DNA of 63,349 nucleotides, filler included, from Hausera hauseri (taxonomy: Eukaryota): assembly GCA_046269625.1 (NCBI GenBank). It is 11 parts of 11 records of this genome, joined end to end, with 100 filler letters (N's around TTAATTAATTAA, not from the genome) between each part and the next. Parts side by side here need not be neighbours in the genome. Positions count along the whole stretch, not along the records: positions 52,284 to 56,573 come from JBJURY010654107.1; positions 56,674 to 63,349 come from JBJURY010076104.1; 9 more parts are not named here. One strand, written 5' to 3'. Shown in pieces: positions 52,500 through 63,349 of the stretch. The first letter of the stretch is position 1. The number at the start of each line of letters is the position of its first letter. The notes under the pieces are model-generated. The model did no database searches. It was not told the DNA's origin and saw only the letters and a list, made by a program, of their open reading frames with translations. A program made the position numbers and the translations under genes.

Positions 52500-55400
52500 G
52501 TGTACATGAAAGTAAACATATCTTGGACAACAACACTACAGCTCAGGCATATTCAGTTCAGTGTGTGTAACCGGTTAAAATTGGAAGTAGAAAAATTCCA
52601 ACACCAACACTGCAAAGTGCAATATTACTCACTTGCAGAATTTTAAAATATTAAAGGTGACAGGAAGCAATGGTAGCTATCACATCGAGCCGATGTAGGC
52701 GAAAAGCTGGATGAAAAAATCGCCAACTACACTGAAAAGAGTAGTGGCTGGCGAATTATAAAAATTGCCACTCTCGGCTTTATCATAACAAAGTCGAGTG
52801 ATATGATATATTTGTCTGGACGATCATTCATATCGACACTTGCAGCTCTAAAGCAGTCTCTGTCAGTAGTAAATGTAGAAAATACAGACGACAAATACTG
52901 ATTTATTTACAGTTTTCTGGCTATATTAAAATACGACGAAGTGGTTAGAAATCATCCAAATCGCCCAAAGCAGTAACGGCAGTATTTTTCCGAATTGGAA
53001 TTCGATGAAAGCTGGATGCCGATGAAACTGAAATCCATCCCGACATTTGAACGGCGTAATCCTATTATGGCAGTCAACGTTTTCCGGTACAACACAATCG
53101 TAGAAATATCAGAAGACGAAAAGATATACAAAAACCCGCACGTGGATATAATTTATCGCAGTCCGAACCCGAATGGACGCTTGGTAAATTTGTTGCTGTT
53201 GGCGCAAGCAGATAAATTTCACTACTTGGCAGTAACCAATTTGGACAGAATGCTGAACACGGATTACCACCAATTCATCAAAAAGTGTATCAATTGTAAA
53301 TGGTGCCCTACATGACTGCATGGTTTCAGGTCAAAAACGACATGGGAAAAACATGTGGCGCTGTGCAGGCAAAATTTATCAGGCACAACAATATACGCCA
53401 TGCCAGTCAAAAAGGAACTGCGATTCAGTGACTGGTCGAAAACAGACATTCCGGCAAATGTGGTATATGCCGATATAGAGGCAATCCTACCGCGACGTAA
53501 CGTATACGACCAAAGGCACATTCCAATCGCCGTTGGTATGTTGTTTGTTTTAATAAAAGCCATCGGACAACCGCAATGTTACGTTTTTCATGGCTAGAAC
53601 TGTATACGCGATTTCCTGCAACAGTTGGAAACGATAATGGTAATGGAAATCGCACCGTGGTACAGTGACAATAGCACTACGTTTTTGATATGTACAGACG
53701 AATATGAACCGCTGTTTTTCGCTGCCACCGATGAATGTTACCTCCGCCACAAAATATTGCCTTTTGATGCACAGGAACGGCTCGTACCGGACCATGACCG
53801 TTTCACCGGTCGATACTTGGAAGCAGCATGCAATGCATGCAATTTAACAAGACGTGTGTTGCCATTCCTACCAGTTATCTTTCATATTTTCCGAGGTTAT
53901 GATTGTCACGATATACTGAAATGGGCCATCAACGGATTTCCGCACTGGGAACTGTCCATAATCCCAACAACAATGGAGAAGTACCTGTCCTTGTCAGCAT
54001 ACATAAACTGGTTCCAGGTACGCTTCCTTGATTCATTGCAATTTCTCAATGAATCACTGGCGAAGCTGGTAAATGCCTTGCCGGATGTGCTGATAACCTC
54101 AACGCAGTGCCCCATACATATTTCACGCAGCAAAAACATATTTCCATGTGACTTTGTAACATCATTTGAGCAACTCCGGACAGCAGAGGAATTAACGCCG
54201 CGATGGACAGGCATAACATGAGCAGAATATCAGAGAGCACAAGAATTTTGGACAGAGCTCAGCTGTAGAAGCATGTTGGAGTACGTGCTCCAGTATCTTA
54301 AACTGGACGTGTACTTATTGGCCGATGTGTTCCAGGCGTTTCGGGCGAAAGCGTTGGCTGAAGATATGCTGGAGCCACTCAACTTTTATTCCATAGCGGG
54401 AATGAGTTCAGCGTCAGCTCTAATGTCACTGGATCGGGATATTAAGCTGCCGCAAGACACGGAAATATACCGGCTGTTTGATGTTGGTATTTGCGACGGC
54501 ATGACATACCACATCACTGCTGTATATTGATATTAATAACCTGTACGGTTGGGCACTTTCGCAACCCTTGCCGTACGGTTCATTCAAATGGGTTGTCGAC
54601 GGACAAGATCCGGACGACATAATGGTCAAACTACCACAAGTAGACATGGCAGGCTCAGTCGGATACTCGATGGAGGTCGATCTCGTGGTACCAGATGAGC
54701 TGCATGACGTTTTGGACGATTTACTGGTCACACCATTTAACCAACATTCGCCACGCTCAAAAGTGAAGAAACTGCTCATGATTCATGAACCGAAACTGAA
54801 TTACGTGGTCCATTGGCGTCTGTTGCAGTTTTACATGCAGCTCGGTGTACGCGTCACACAGCTGTATCTTGCAATCCGATTTGCTCATGCTCCCATATTT
54901 AAGGCGTACATAGATGGAAATTCGAAGAAACGTGCTGCAGTTTGTGCAAAGTTCGAAAAGGACTACTACAAGCTAAAAAACAATTCCCTGTACGGAAAAC
55001 AGTGGAGAATCTGAAAAAGTGACTCAATGTACGCCTATGAAATAGTAAAAAGCGGTTGGTCACGTACACGAGTAAAGCGCAGTTTCGGTGATTAATGCAC
55101 ATTGCCGATGGATTGGTCGCGGTGTTCTTAAACAGAGAAGAAGTCGTTCTGGACCGGCCAAGTTACATCGGACAATTGTTATTGGACTTGAGCAAGTTGC
55201 AGATGTATGAACTACAGTATCGCGATTTGGCACATTACCGGCAAATGTCTGACTGCTGTGACATTAGTATAATTGCCGGTGACACAGACAGTTTTTTTCT
55301 GCGGCTGAAAAAAGTCAATCGCGAAAAGCTACTGCAGCGACTGCAGTCAGATGGATTACTGGACACGTCAAACTACCCACCGGATCATCCTGTGTACAGC

Positions 55401-55770
55401 AGCTCGATAACCAACAAAATCGATTGCTTCGGGGATAAAAGTGAAGGTCGGGTTCAGTATCGGGAATGGATATTCCTACGCCCAAAGTGCTATAGTCTTC
55501 TGACGGATTGTGGACTAAAAATGCAAACAAAGGGAGTCCAGCTGAAGCTGACGAAAATCAGCCTTGGTAATTATCGCCGTATATGTGAAGCAGCAGCAGC
55601 AGAAGAAGAATGAAAATCAGTGGTTGTTGCATCTAAAACGATCAGCCGATCAATTGAACACCAGCTGTACACAATAAGCAGTGCGAAAGTCGCTTTACTC
55701 ATGTAACGATGTTAAGCAAAAGTGAGTAGGGTGAATAAGAGTTGGACGTATGAACATTGGCGGTTAAAAT
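52500..55770 (+). pseudogene. Near full-length Polinton/adintovirus-type protein-primed DNA polymerase B, degraded
   Basis: VVYADIEA; DHDRFTGRYLEAACNACN; YLKLDVYLLADVF; LLYIDINNLYGWALSQPLP; YYKLKNNSLYGK; AGDTDSFF; FLRPKCYS. Confidence 0.93.
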
Positions 55771-56058
55771 AAACGCATGTCCAAACAATCGGTGCTCTGT
55801 CGGTTTAGTTCACTTCATTTACTGCGACAATCATTGACAATTATGCGACGTATATTGTTTTTTATATTTTAGTAACGTATTTTGTTCAGTGTTTTTTGTG
55901 TTTTTTTTCGTTTATTTACCTAACCTATTATTATTAAGTAAGATAGAAGTAAAAGTAAAACAATAACCTTGCACGAGAAAACAAAATATGTTACACGAAT
56001 ACATTTATTTATTGATCAGAGGAAAACTAAAATCACAAAAACACTCAAAGTAAGTCAG

Positions 56059-56573
56059 TTAAATCATAGTAAACTTTCCAATTTTCCATATTGGGGACTT
56101 GACACCGCTCCCTTCCTTGTATCCTTTGAGCTTCAGTGTCAGGTAGCCTTCAGCTCCTTCCGATGGAAAAACTGCTGCTGCTTTTTCACTATGTGAACTG
56201 ATAATTTTCGTCATATTTCCTTTGAGAGAAATCGACGATGTATCTCGCATATCGTTACTCAACGCCAAATCACTATCAACTTTTCAAATTGTATTTTCCA
56301 TTGTATCCAAATCATCGTCGTTGATCTTTTTCACCAAGAGACCATATTTCACCGGTTTCATTTTGACAGTTTGCATCAATGGCAATTGAATAGCTTTGCG
56401 CAGATAATGTAAGTTGTATCCATTATACAATTGGCAATTTCTGGGCCAATATTGTCAGGTACCATCGCAAGCGAGCTGTTCGATGTTGTTGAATACGTCG
56501 TCATTCGCAACTCGGGAAACTGTGAATGGAGTTGTGTAAATTTTTGTCCGTCAATTTGATCTTTAATGTAAAA
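56059..56573 (-). pseudogene. Hypothetical protein convergent with pPolB, homologous to 33225-33515
   Basis: LTLKLKGYKEGSGVKSPIWKI vs LNIKLQGYREKDGVKSQIWRI. Confidence 0.55.
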
Positions 56574-57214
56574 NNNNNNNNNNNNNNNNNNNNNNNNNNN
56601 NNNNNNNNNNNNNNNNNTTAATTAATTAANNNNNNNNNNNNNNNNNNNNNNNNNNNNNNNNNNNNNNNNNNNNACTAAAATTGAAATTTGTATTTCAAGA
56701 AACGAATTTAGAATGATGTTAAGACTGCTGAAACTATAGTGGTAATTGGGCACTCGCCTTTAAGCCGTTATGGAAGGCTGGTCGTGTGTCGATTATGTAA
56801 ATTATTCATTGCGTTCCAACATCCACCAATCGCTAACTGTCTTGTGTTATTTTTATTCATGTACATATTTTATAGTGTGGCACGTCTACTTTTCTTAATG
56901 TTAATTGAAAAACACAAATTAATTATGGTAATACACTTTTATTTAAGCTAACTTTGAGTTCACTTCCATAATGACTGGAGGCATATTACCTTCAGGCATC
57001 TTCTCATTCCTTGCTGGACGTAAGGGACTCTATTACTTGCCAATAATTTCTATATTTAATTCTATTTTCTTCTTACTGTTTGTGTCTTGTGTTTCTTCTG
57101 TTTCTTTTTCACCAGCACGTTTCTTGGGAGTCACGATGATCATATCTTTTACGTATACATATATTTGTTTTAAAAATTTCTTACTAAAGAAGGCTCCGTA
57201 ATCCGCCTCACACG

Positions 57215-57520
57215 ATGTGCATGGGGCTTTATCGTCTTGCTGCAGAGGGGGGCGTATCCTGGAAAGACAGTGGAGTCTGCGATGTGGCAAAGAACAGCAA
57301 TAACGATGGAGGTGATGTCCGTGACAGAAGCAATACTGTACAACATGCCTGCATATTCAGTGACTCCATGAGCCTAAGGAGAAACATCAAGACTGATGTT
57401 GTGTGCAGGCTGTGGCTCAGCTCTTTTATGGCGTCATCACTTGGCAGACTGCCTTTCATCTTTGTGCTTGGACACCTAGTATGACAGCTAACGAGTGTGC
57501 AGACAAGAAAAGCTGCAATT
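57215..57520 (+). mobile_element. Non-LTR retrotransposon RNase H fragment; ~80 bp of it is repeated inverted at ~58170-58251
   Basis: HACIFSDSMS..FIFVLGH..ANECADK. Confidence 0.65.
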
Positions 57521-57621
57521 TCACAAGGAAAAGCGACGTCATTGTGGCCATAAGGATGCCCTGTCTTGTATTGTATTTGATCCACGTCATCGAGCGTCAT
57601 CTCTTGTTGACTTTGATGCCA

Positions 57622-57860
57622 TTATGTGGTAATGTGTAGTTTTAATGAACTGCTGTAGGCTGTGATATAAAGCTGTATGATTGGCTTGTCTGGTAGCAGA
57701 GACCGTCTTAGCTCCTGAAGTGAGGGACAAGACAGCAGGTGGTGATCCACTATCTTATATTGGTGTGTACATAGTCTACGTCGTGCTGAAGTCTGTGGGT
57801 TTAGTCTGCTTCTGTGGGCATTTAGTGTAGAGTGGCCAGTTCTCAACCTGAAGATCTGTG
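57622..57860 (-). mobile_element. Non-LTR retrotransposon C-terminal zinc-knuckle fragment
   Basis: LRTGHSTLNAH..LC..IVDHHLLSCPSL. Confidence 0.7.
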
Positions 57861-58424
57861 TTAGGTACCTTTTAAATTTAAAACTAAACTACTGTGGAAT
57901 GGCGTCTAACTGGAATTAATGTATTTTCAAGGAAGCAATAATCCAAAGGAGTGTATTAAGTTAAATGCAACTGACTGAATTCAAAGCATCAATAAGTACA
58001 GATATATTTGGATGTCTGAAAAAAAAAATGACAAAATTATTGTATATAATTTCTGCTTCAACATATATATTTGTGAACATGTTTGCTCATGACATGAATT
58101 TTACATTAAAAAAGTCTCTTCTAAAAGATTCCATTTGTTGTCTATAAACACAGGCTCGGTTTGAGATCTCAGAGCTAAGCCAATGCCTGCACACAACATC
58201 AGTCTTGATGTTTCTCAACAGGCTCACGGAGTCACTGACTATGCAGGCATGAGTTTAGCTATATCAGAAACCTCGTTACGACTTATCACCGTTCAGTAAC
58301 ATTTATGACTTACCATTAAATATAACATTATCCCTGTATGTGTGTACCAAAGTATGGGAAAAAGTCAATGACCCTCATTCATGCCTATAGGCGCATACGG
58401 GATTTGTGCAGCTAGTGACAATAC

Positions 58425-58610
58425 ATTTCGTTGGCTAACATCACGTGATTGGTTTTTACTCTCTTAGATAATTTTTCCGGCACCCATTTTTTTAGGCTGA
58501 GTGAGTCTGTTTTTTGTTTGGTTGAAACAATTCAACCCGCCACAGCTGGCATTGAATCCACTACCATGGGATCGGCAAACGAGTGCATTAACCAGTGTGT
58601 TACCGTGGCT
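58425..58610 (-). mobile_element. tRNA-derived SINE with a related central domain
   Basis: Degenerate A/B boxes, then GACTCACTCAGCCTAAAAAAATGGGTGCCGG. Confidence 0.55.
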
Positions 58611-60320
58611 AATACCAAAGAATGTCTAACAGTCTATTTATGTTTTTAATGCGACTCGCCATAAAATGTATGGACATCCTTGCGGCTCTTGTGGAAAATT
58701 AGTTGCCCACCCCTGATCTAGCAGAATTATCTGAAGTTGGAACAAGAGTATGACAAGGATGTATGCTAACCCTCTTTAACTTCTCCCTAAGATAGCACAG
58801 AAAACACTCAAGGAAAGTCATCAGGGAAACAGATACAAGAGAAACCAGAAACATAAGGGAAAAAAGCGAAATTAAGTGGTCTGGAATTAAGCACAGAATG
58901 AAATAGATACTGGAAAATAAGTCTCCATTAGTTTGGATGGAAAACGTATTAAAGAAATGTAAATACCTAGCTAGCTGTACTGGTATAGAAAGGGACACAC
59001 GATAGGGACATAAAAATCAGAATTTAAGTCAAGAAGGAGCAAAGACAAGGTAGATAAGGTTAAAGATAAATGTATGTTGGATCGTCAGACATGGGTATGT
59101 ACAGCGATATGCTTATTTTCTGCCAGTCGAACGAGCAGGAATATTTAGAAAGCTATATAACAGAAAATGTGATGGACAGCAGACATTAGCTTTTCAAATA
59201 CTGCGCCATTCTTTATTGTAATACAAGGGAGATAATATTACAAAATAAGACCATACTAGTGAACTAGTTATCTGCTCCAAATGAGAAATGCAGCACATCT
59301 TCTGGATGAACCCTGACATGGGCTGTAGTAAGGATTGGAGTAATGGCGTTGAGCAATCCTGCTGTCCCAGAAGGGTGGACCTAGGTCATCCTGGCTTTAA
59401 TGCAATGTTGGTATCCTAGATCCACCTCTCAACTTGGGACCATGTCGATCCACACAACGTTAGCCAGAATTTCTTTTGTTTCCAGGATTCACTGCGAGGA
59501 ACTCGTGAGAGGTCCTGGTCCTGTCTAGATTGCGAAGCGATCTCAGCCTCTGTATTTCTAATGGCTTTTTATTCTAAATCTTCAATCTTGTCAGTCACGT
59601 AATTGGTAGCAAGGGTTTCTGTTTCACGCAGGCTGCTCTCTTTTAAATTAAAGATTATACGAAGATAGTACACTTTCCCAAATTAATTAAATATCGTTTT
59701 CCTTCGCCTGAGCTGCATTGACTCAAGTTACGGACAACAAGATATAACGACACGTCACAATGTTACAGACGTCTTAAAATATTGTGGTCGTTAAATAAAC
59801 ATTCATAGTTGCCTATAGCTTATTAAATAGCGTATTAAATGTTATTTTAAACTAATTTAGCTATCGCGACCAAACTCACTAAAGCCAAAGCAACAATTAA
59901 AAAATATAAGTAAAATAAATATGTATATTATATACGATCAATGTAACATAGAGACATATTTTTTTTTGAAATATAGAAATAAATATAGAAACAAATACAT
60001 ACCCACAATATTATTAAAATCTTTGTTAAATCCAGCCCAAATGAAAATGTTACCACAAATAGCAACAGTTGTTATTAAAATGTTAATAAATATGCAGGTA
60101 TTCATTGTTGAAATGTGTAATTTTAATATAAAATAACAGAAAATGTGTTATTATTGCAGTCACATCAGAACGTTTTGTATTTCCTCGTTTTTCTGTCATA
60201 TATAGGTGGTGTATCCTTTTGGAAATCTTGTTCTTATTCCTCGCAAAGTTATTTTACAGTGTGAAGGTAAATGTGAGAAGTGTAAGTGGGTGTCTTACCT
60301 TGGAAGCAGAAAAACAACAT

Positions 60321-60358
60321 GACATCGACGTTTCGACTGTAAAGTCTTCGTCAGGCAC
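60321..60358 (-). ncRNA. Minimal hammerhead ribozyme motif (Penelope pLTR type)
   Basis: CTGACGA-AGACT-TTAC-AGTC-GAAA-CGTCGATGTC. Confidence 0.7.
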
Positions 60359-60922
60359 AAATAAAAACACTTGAAATAGCACACAACACGATACCATCGA
60401 AATCAAAGGAGCTGGACATATATCAAAATGAAAAGTTACAATAATAATATTAGTAATATAATAATTATAAAACATAATAAATATAAAATGGAAAAAAAGT
60501 TCGAATTTAATAAATAAATTTAAAAATAAAAGAGTTAGATACGGTTAGAAAAAAATGAAGTAAAACTTGAATTCAAGCGTCGGTTTTGGCGGAACCAGGT
60601 CGTGGCTTCAGCACTTCTTTTTCTTCTTTCGTTCACGTTAATCTATATCTGCAGATGTGTCTCCCTGATGAACTACACAGTGTTCTCGAGTTCTATCACG
60701 GAGCCATATAGCTTTGTGTTTAGTGAAGTTTCCCTTGGCCAGTGAGTGTGCCTTAGTTCATCGTGCTGGGTGCAGTTTTGGAGGATATGTTCCACAGTCT
60801 GGGATGACTGTCTTCACGTGCACAATAATTTATTATTTTTATTTCAACTTCTCCTTTTGATACATACTCGGTTCCGCTGACTTTGATAGTATCGTATTGT
60901 GTTATTTCACCTGTTTTTATTT

Positions 60923-60960
60923 ATGCCTGATGAAGACTTTACAGTCGAAACGTCGATGTC
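60923..60960 (+). ncRNA. Minimal hammerhead ribozyme motif (Penelope pLTR type)
   Basis: CTGATGA-AGACT-TTAC-AGTC-GAAA-CGTCGATGTC, followed by a donor-like AAGGTAAG. Confidence 0.72.
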
Positions 60961-61954
60961 TTCCTTTTTTCTGCTTACAAGGTAAGACATTTACTCACTT
61001 ACACTTTTTATGTTTACATTCATTCTATCGTTCCATTGTTCTACCTCTTTTTCTACTCACCATTTCCATGTTTAACAGTATGTCAGTTAGCCATAGTCGA
61101 CAAGAAATGCTACATTTTTTGTTACAATATAGTCTGGATCTCGGTAATGTTCCCACCTATATTTTAAGCCTATTTTGATATTAACATGCCTTGTCTACAC
61201 AGCTTTCTTATTTTAAACTTTTTTTTTTTCATTTACAGGAGATACGAGCTTTCACATGTGCCGTAGAAAAACTCACCACAGAATGTTATGTTTAGAAGTG
61301 TAGCCTACTTTAGCACACTCGTGTCCATTAATTTGAAATAAGCTGAATTCTCCAACTTCAGATCTTTTGTCATGTCCAGCTATCTGAATACACCTATAAC
61401 GTGACATATTGTGAGAAATATCTGAGGTGGAGTGAGAGCGGCAACAGTGATACACAGTGACAGGGCTCATAAATCATAGTCAGCCAAGAGCCTCTGCCCA
61501 CATCCAAGCCGTGTCTCCGGGCAGCGGTAGTGAAACCTGTCGTCTATCTGGCGGAGGCGCGGGATGGTCCTCATTTGAGTGGTGGATCACTTCTAGGAGG
61601 CCAAGCAATGCACTACTACCTGAAACATCGGTTCACCTCCTAGGCCCCACCGGGACAACTTGAACGCTCAGCTACCCTCCTCCATAGTCCCTCTTAGGAC
61701 TACAAAGGCCTTCTCAGGGCACATTCAGAAAAGCTGATGTTCGGCGTTGTGGAGATCAATCAATAACAATAACGTTTACAAGAAAATAAACCAACATACA
61801 CTGCGAAAACAATACTTTCATCTATCTTTCCCACAAATTTTAAAACATAAAATGGCCCAGTAACTGAGAAGCTCAACTGTTGCATCAAATAAAATCATTA
61901 GACTGATGGAGACATTGTTGGGAACTTTGGGTTTAACGGAATCTGGCGCAGATT

Positions 61955-62193
61955 AAACCCCACTCCCATATCGTTAATGAATGCCGTAGGGGAATGAAGT
62001 GTTAGTGCCTTCATTTTCCTAGACTTCGGCTTTGTGAGTAGGGACGCCACCACATTTCTCGCCGCATTTATTTCCTAGGGTTTTTTTAAATCCTAGTACA
62101 CATTTAAGGCTGGGTGAACCTGAGGTCCGGCGGTCGGAATTGAACCCGTGGCACTAGATTCAGTTCACTACCCACTCGGCCACCGCGGACCCC
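61955..62193 (-). mobile_element. tRNA-derived SINE, same body and tail as 16679-16945
   Basis: Reverse complement reads GGTGGCCGAGTGG..GGTTCAATTCC..CAGGTTCACCCAGCCTTAAATG..GCGGCGAGAAA.GTGGTGGCGTCCCTACTCACAAAGCCG. Confidence 0.82.
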
Positions 62194-63349
62194 GACGCAG
62201 ATAAATGTGTAAAAAGTATATTTCAATGTATGGTTATTGTGTGTTGTTGCAGAAATCCAATGTTTTCCAAAGATATTGTGAAACTGTGTGCAAGTGATAA
62301 AATATTATCAGTATAAATATTAGACAAGGGAATTAATGTGACAACATAAAGTACATTGTGATGATTGTGTGCGCTTATTTTTTGTTACCAAAAACCTGAT
62401 TCCACGGGTAGGAAAATTGTGATTGTATATAACTTCATAAAGCTAAATGTTGATAAGTTTCCTATGGCTTTGTTTTAAAGCTTCATTGATCTTCACATAT
62501 TTCAGATGATTTTCTGTAACATTTGTCAGCAAAATGTTTTCATATAGACTGGTGCAAATGTTTATATCGGTGGATTTGTTGCAACTGCGGGGGTGCAAAG
62601 CAAATTATATGATAGTGAAAAAAAATTATAGCGACTAGATTAGTATCTGGATGCCTCCCAAGGACTAACCCGGCGTCTACGTCGTGGGAGATGGAAACAG
62701 ACAAAGTATGGGATTTCTGGGGTCCGGTGAAGTATGGCTTGCCGCGCATGGCCGTTGTGATAGCCATGAAGACCGGCGTGGAACAAACCCGAAAAGTCTG
62801 GATAAGGGGGCTCCGAAGTTGGAGAGTTGCTGGCCTTGAATGTGTGGAGGACTAATTATTCAATTAAGAGTTTTGTTTTCGTAACTTCAGCCAGAAAATC
62901 TAGGGGACTGGAAGTCTTTGCAGGTGTTAAGTTTGGTTACTGCTATTTTAAGTTAGCCTGTAAGATTTGTAATGTGTATATCCCTGCGTAAATGTATTCC
63001 TTCCTTCCTTGGTCTTCTCGTTTTGTTTTTCCTGTCAACTTTATATTGTAGTTTTCCGTTTTAACACTACATCTTAAATGATATTATTGGTATCATAATG
63101 ATACTACCACATATCCATCCCCTCCTTTCAGGAGACTTTTACTTGGTTAAAGTCTACTGTCCCTATCTTGTTACTATTCGTCAGTTTTTATGTCCCTGTA
63201 GTTAAATTCCTACACAGTATTACCGTCAGCAACCTTATCCTTAAAATATCAAAGTGCTATGTCGTGTTTCGATAATCGCAAAAAATCCACCAAATCTATG
63301 TCATGTCTCTATAATCCAAATTTACAAGTTCTTTATTTTCCATAATCCA

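Overview
This window is not one locus. It is 11 contigs joined by artificial 100-nt linkers (N44-TTAATTAATTAA-N44), and several contigs switch source abruptly within them. The sources appear to be: (i) an AT-rich animal with ~46-nt introns, contributing degraded haspin, UTP4-like and TOGARAM1-like fragments and a ~9-kb apolipophorin-like reading frame; (ii) many decayed mobile elements (piggyBac, three Ty3/Gypsy copies, Tc1/IS630-like, hAT-like, LINE pieces, tRNA-derived SINEs, Penelope-type hammerhead repeats, three Polinton/adintovirus-type pPolB copies); (iii) teleost-like DNA carrying an L2 LINE; (iv) an intact bacterial-type prophage cassette (two tail-fibre genes and a P22-like portal). 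The most unusual items are a decayed ~1,590-codon retroelement frame in which a chuvirus/gB-like glycoprotein lies directly upstream of, and in frame with, a retropepsin; a divergent TBP-like gene in a gene block tied to a protein-primed PolB element; and a complete 1.55-kb gag-only LTR element nested in a Gypsy RT. All family assignments come from manual translation and motif recognition, not from database searches.
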